Virus record (IMG/VR): IMGVR_UViG_3300031746_000001
Source: a virus
Strand: one strand, 5' to 3'
DNA: 64,000 nt
Below the pieces are notes generated by a model. It had not been told where the DNA came from. It saw nothing but the letters and a program-made list of their open reading frames with translations, and made no database searches. Below are positions 62,321 to 64,000 of this stretch, one piece after another (position 1 is the stretch's first letter; each line of letters opens with the position of its first letter). A program made the position numbers and the translations under genes.

Positions 62321-63190
62321 TTACTGAAGAAACCGGATGTCGACGGATATCGGTTTCTTGACTAACTTACTGATCAAACGCCCTACCACCTCTGCGGAGT
62401 AGAGCCAATTAACAAACTCATCGTGAAGTTTGCCAATCGCCTTTGAGGAGACCTGTTGGTTGTCCCCTTCATCATCCAGACCGAGATCACCGAAGCTTTC
62501 AATCACCTCCTCTACGTTATTCAGATAGTCGTGTCCAAACTTAGTTACCGCTTGAATCACAGTGTCCCGCTCCACGCTCATGAACGGCTTGATCGAGTAG
62601 TTCTCCTCGAAGTCCGCCGTCAGCCCGGCCACTCCGTCGTAGAGCTCCTTGAGCCGCTTCACTGCGGAGGACAAGCTCGACCGGATCTGCTTGCCCCACC
62701 AGGAAGCATAAACCTCCGGGATCCCCTCATCACAGATCGCCTGATACTTCGGACGCAGGCGATTGCTGTCGAGGTCCAGGAGGTCGTCCCGGAGATAGTC
62801 GCGAATCCTCTTCTCGTTGGTCTGAAAATACTGCACCCAGGAAACGTTCTTCTTTAATGAGCTCATGATCTTCCCGACCGACTCGACGTTGTCCTTCACG
62901 AGCTTCACTTCCTCTCCGAGCTTTTTCTGCGCCTCCGCAAGCGGCTTCACTTCCCCTAGCGTTGGTATGCCGGAGTCGTTCAACAGGATCGTTCCCTCGT
63001 AGCACAGATCGCCACTCGAGAATACCACTCTCTGAGCGGTCGTGGCCACCAGTGCGGGATCCCGATACCCCGCCTTCTCAATGGCCACCGAGACGTTCTC
63101 GAGGAGCTCTTCGATGGAGCCCTTTCCAACGCTATTCATGAGAGCAGACTGATACTCGTTTGCCGAACCTGTGAACCGTAAGATTTTCAT
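62321..63190 (-). CDS. Hypothetical head-module protein
   Basis: Probable start MKILRF (63190) after GGAG; lies between portal and protease. Confidence 0.65.
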   Translation of the reverse strand: MKILRFTGSANEYQSALMNSVGKGSIEELLENVSVAIEKAGYRDPALVATTAQRVVFSSGDLCYEGTILLNDSGIPTLGEVKPLAEAQKKLGEEVKLVKDNVESVGKIMSSLKKNVSWVQYFQTNEKRIRDYLRDDLLDLDSNRLRPKYQAICDEGIPEVYASWWGKQIRSSLSSAVKRLKELYDGVAGLTADFEENYSIKPFMSVERDTVIQAVTKFGHDYLNNVEEVIESFGDLGLDDEGDNQQVSSKAIGKLHDEFVNWLYSAEVVGRLISKLVKKPISVDIRFLQ

Positions 63191-63298
63191 CGATAACTCC
63201 GAGCTTGCGTTTTTCTCACAAAAAGACAGCCCAGGACTGTAATGCATCGTGGACTTTCGGGCTTGATCGACGGTTGGTGAGTCGGGTGCTACCTAACT

Positions 63299-63354
63299 AT
63301 TCTACCACAAAACCATTTATCGAAATCAAGAGGCTCCGATAAATCTTTATCGGA
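63299..63354 (-). promoter_or_regulatory. Candidate sigma70-like promoter with a palindromic operator
   Basis: TTGATT-N19-TAGAAT with a TGn extension; palindrome TCCGATAAA-N2-TTTATCGGA at 63335-63354; a third CGATAAA half-site lies in the spacer. Confidence 0.45.
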
Positions 63355-63357
63355 CCG

Positions 63358-64000
63358 TCATTTGCGACCCCCCTTCTTCATGTATTTACCATAGCCCCGC
63401 ACGGTCTCCCTGATCTCAAGCATGAGAGGCTTCAGTATCTTGACGGATTGCTGTAGCTCCTTGTTTTCAAGCAACGACCGGCGCATCTTGTTCTCAAGAA
63501 TGAGGTTCTGGCGGTTCGTCCCGTGAGGACCGAGAATGCGCTCGGACTGCTTCTGGAAGTCGACCTCCGTCTGCGGGGGAGTCTTGCTCTTCCACTCCTC
63601 CGGAGGAACCTCACCGGTGGCTCCGCCTTTGGCCACAGAGTAGTCCCTGATCTCCTCGTCGCTGAAGTGGAAGATGTTCTTAAGGAGCCACTCCATTGAG
63701 ACATACTCCCTCATCTGCGAGGCGACGTTCGCCCGGACGGAGAGCACGTCCATGTAGTTCTTCTCGAACACGAGCGACGGGACGGACATGTAGACGTCGA
63801 ACTCGGCGGTCTTATCCGGGTCGATCCCCCGGGCGGCCAGGTGGACCTTGCTCATGTGCTTGAAGCCTTCCCTGAGCGATCGCTGGATCCGCAGGATCGT
63901 GCGGGCAAACCGGACGTCCTCCGAGGCCAGGATGTTCTTCGCCGACACATCTTCCTCGAACCCCAAATAGCTCTTAGGAATCTTGATAGCGGCGTAGAGC
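63358..64000 (-). CDS. Portal protein (T4 gp20-like), C-terminal part
   Basis: Open from the window edge: LYAAIKIPKSYLGFEE.....LASEDVRFARTILRIQR...VHL...G...W..KNIFHFSDEE. Confidence 0.92.
   Translation of the reverse strand, partial: LYAAIKIPKSYLGFEEDVSAKNILASEDVRFARTILRIQRSLREGFKHMSKVHLAARGIDPDKTAEFDVYMSVPSLVFEKNYMDVLSVRANVASQMREYVSMEWLLKNIFHFSDEEIRDYSVAKGGATGEVPPEEWKSKTPPQTEVDFQKQSERILGPHGTNRQNLILENKMRRSLLENKELQQSVKILKPLMLEIRETVRGYGKYMKKGGRK

Noticed and set aside
1-64000. Stop-codon reassignment
   Set aside because: TAA, TAG and TGA all terminate recognisable genes, and coding density is high under the standard code.

Overview
This window is the morphogenesis region of a large tailed (myovirus-type) phage. 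Essentially every real gene is on the minus strand, so transcription runs from 64000 towards 1. In that order: a T4-superfamily head module (portal, truncated at the window edge; prohead protease fused to a scaffold; gp23-like major capsid protein); about 14 kb of small, tightly coupled genes, most sharing a fixed-register N-terminal leader, with two neck genes inside; a contractile tail module (sheath, two tube genes, -1 frameshifted chaperone, tape measure with a lytic transglycosylase domain); a roughly 10 kb cassette bracketed by two PurD-like ATP-grasp paralogues; baseplate genes interleaved with lysis genes; receptor-binding proteins; a 2067-aa proline-free Gly-X-Ser repeat fibre; and a radical SAM/SPASM enzyme. 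Selfish elements are two inteins (one LAGLIDADG, one HNH in a 60-aa host) and a free-standing LAGLIDADG endonuclease flanked by a synonymously recoded duplicate of the sheath 3' end. The best candidates for an undescribed system are (1) the leader-tagged array of putative capsid cargo proteins, with an apparent Ser/Asn rather than Glu processing motif, and (2) a possible virion-modification system made of the paired ATP-grasp ligases, the Ser-rich fibre and the radical SAM enzyme. All family calls come from motif recognition by eye; no database searches were run. I found no tRNA, rRNA, CRISPR array, terminase, integrase or reverse transcriptase.
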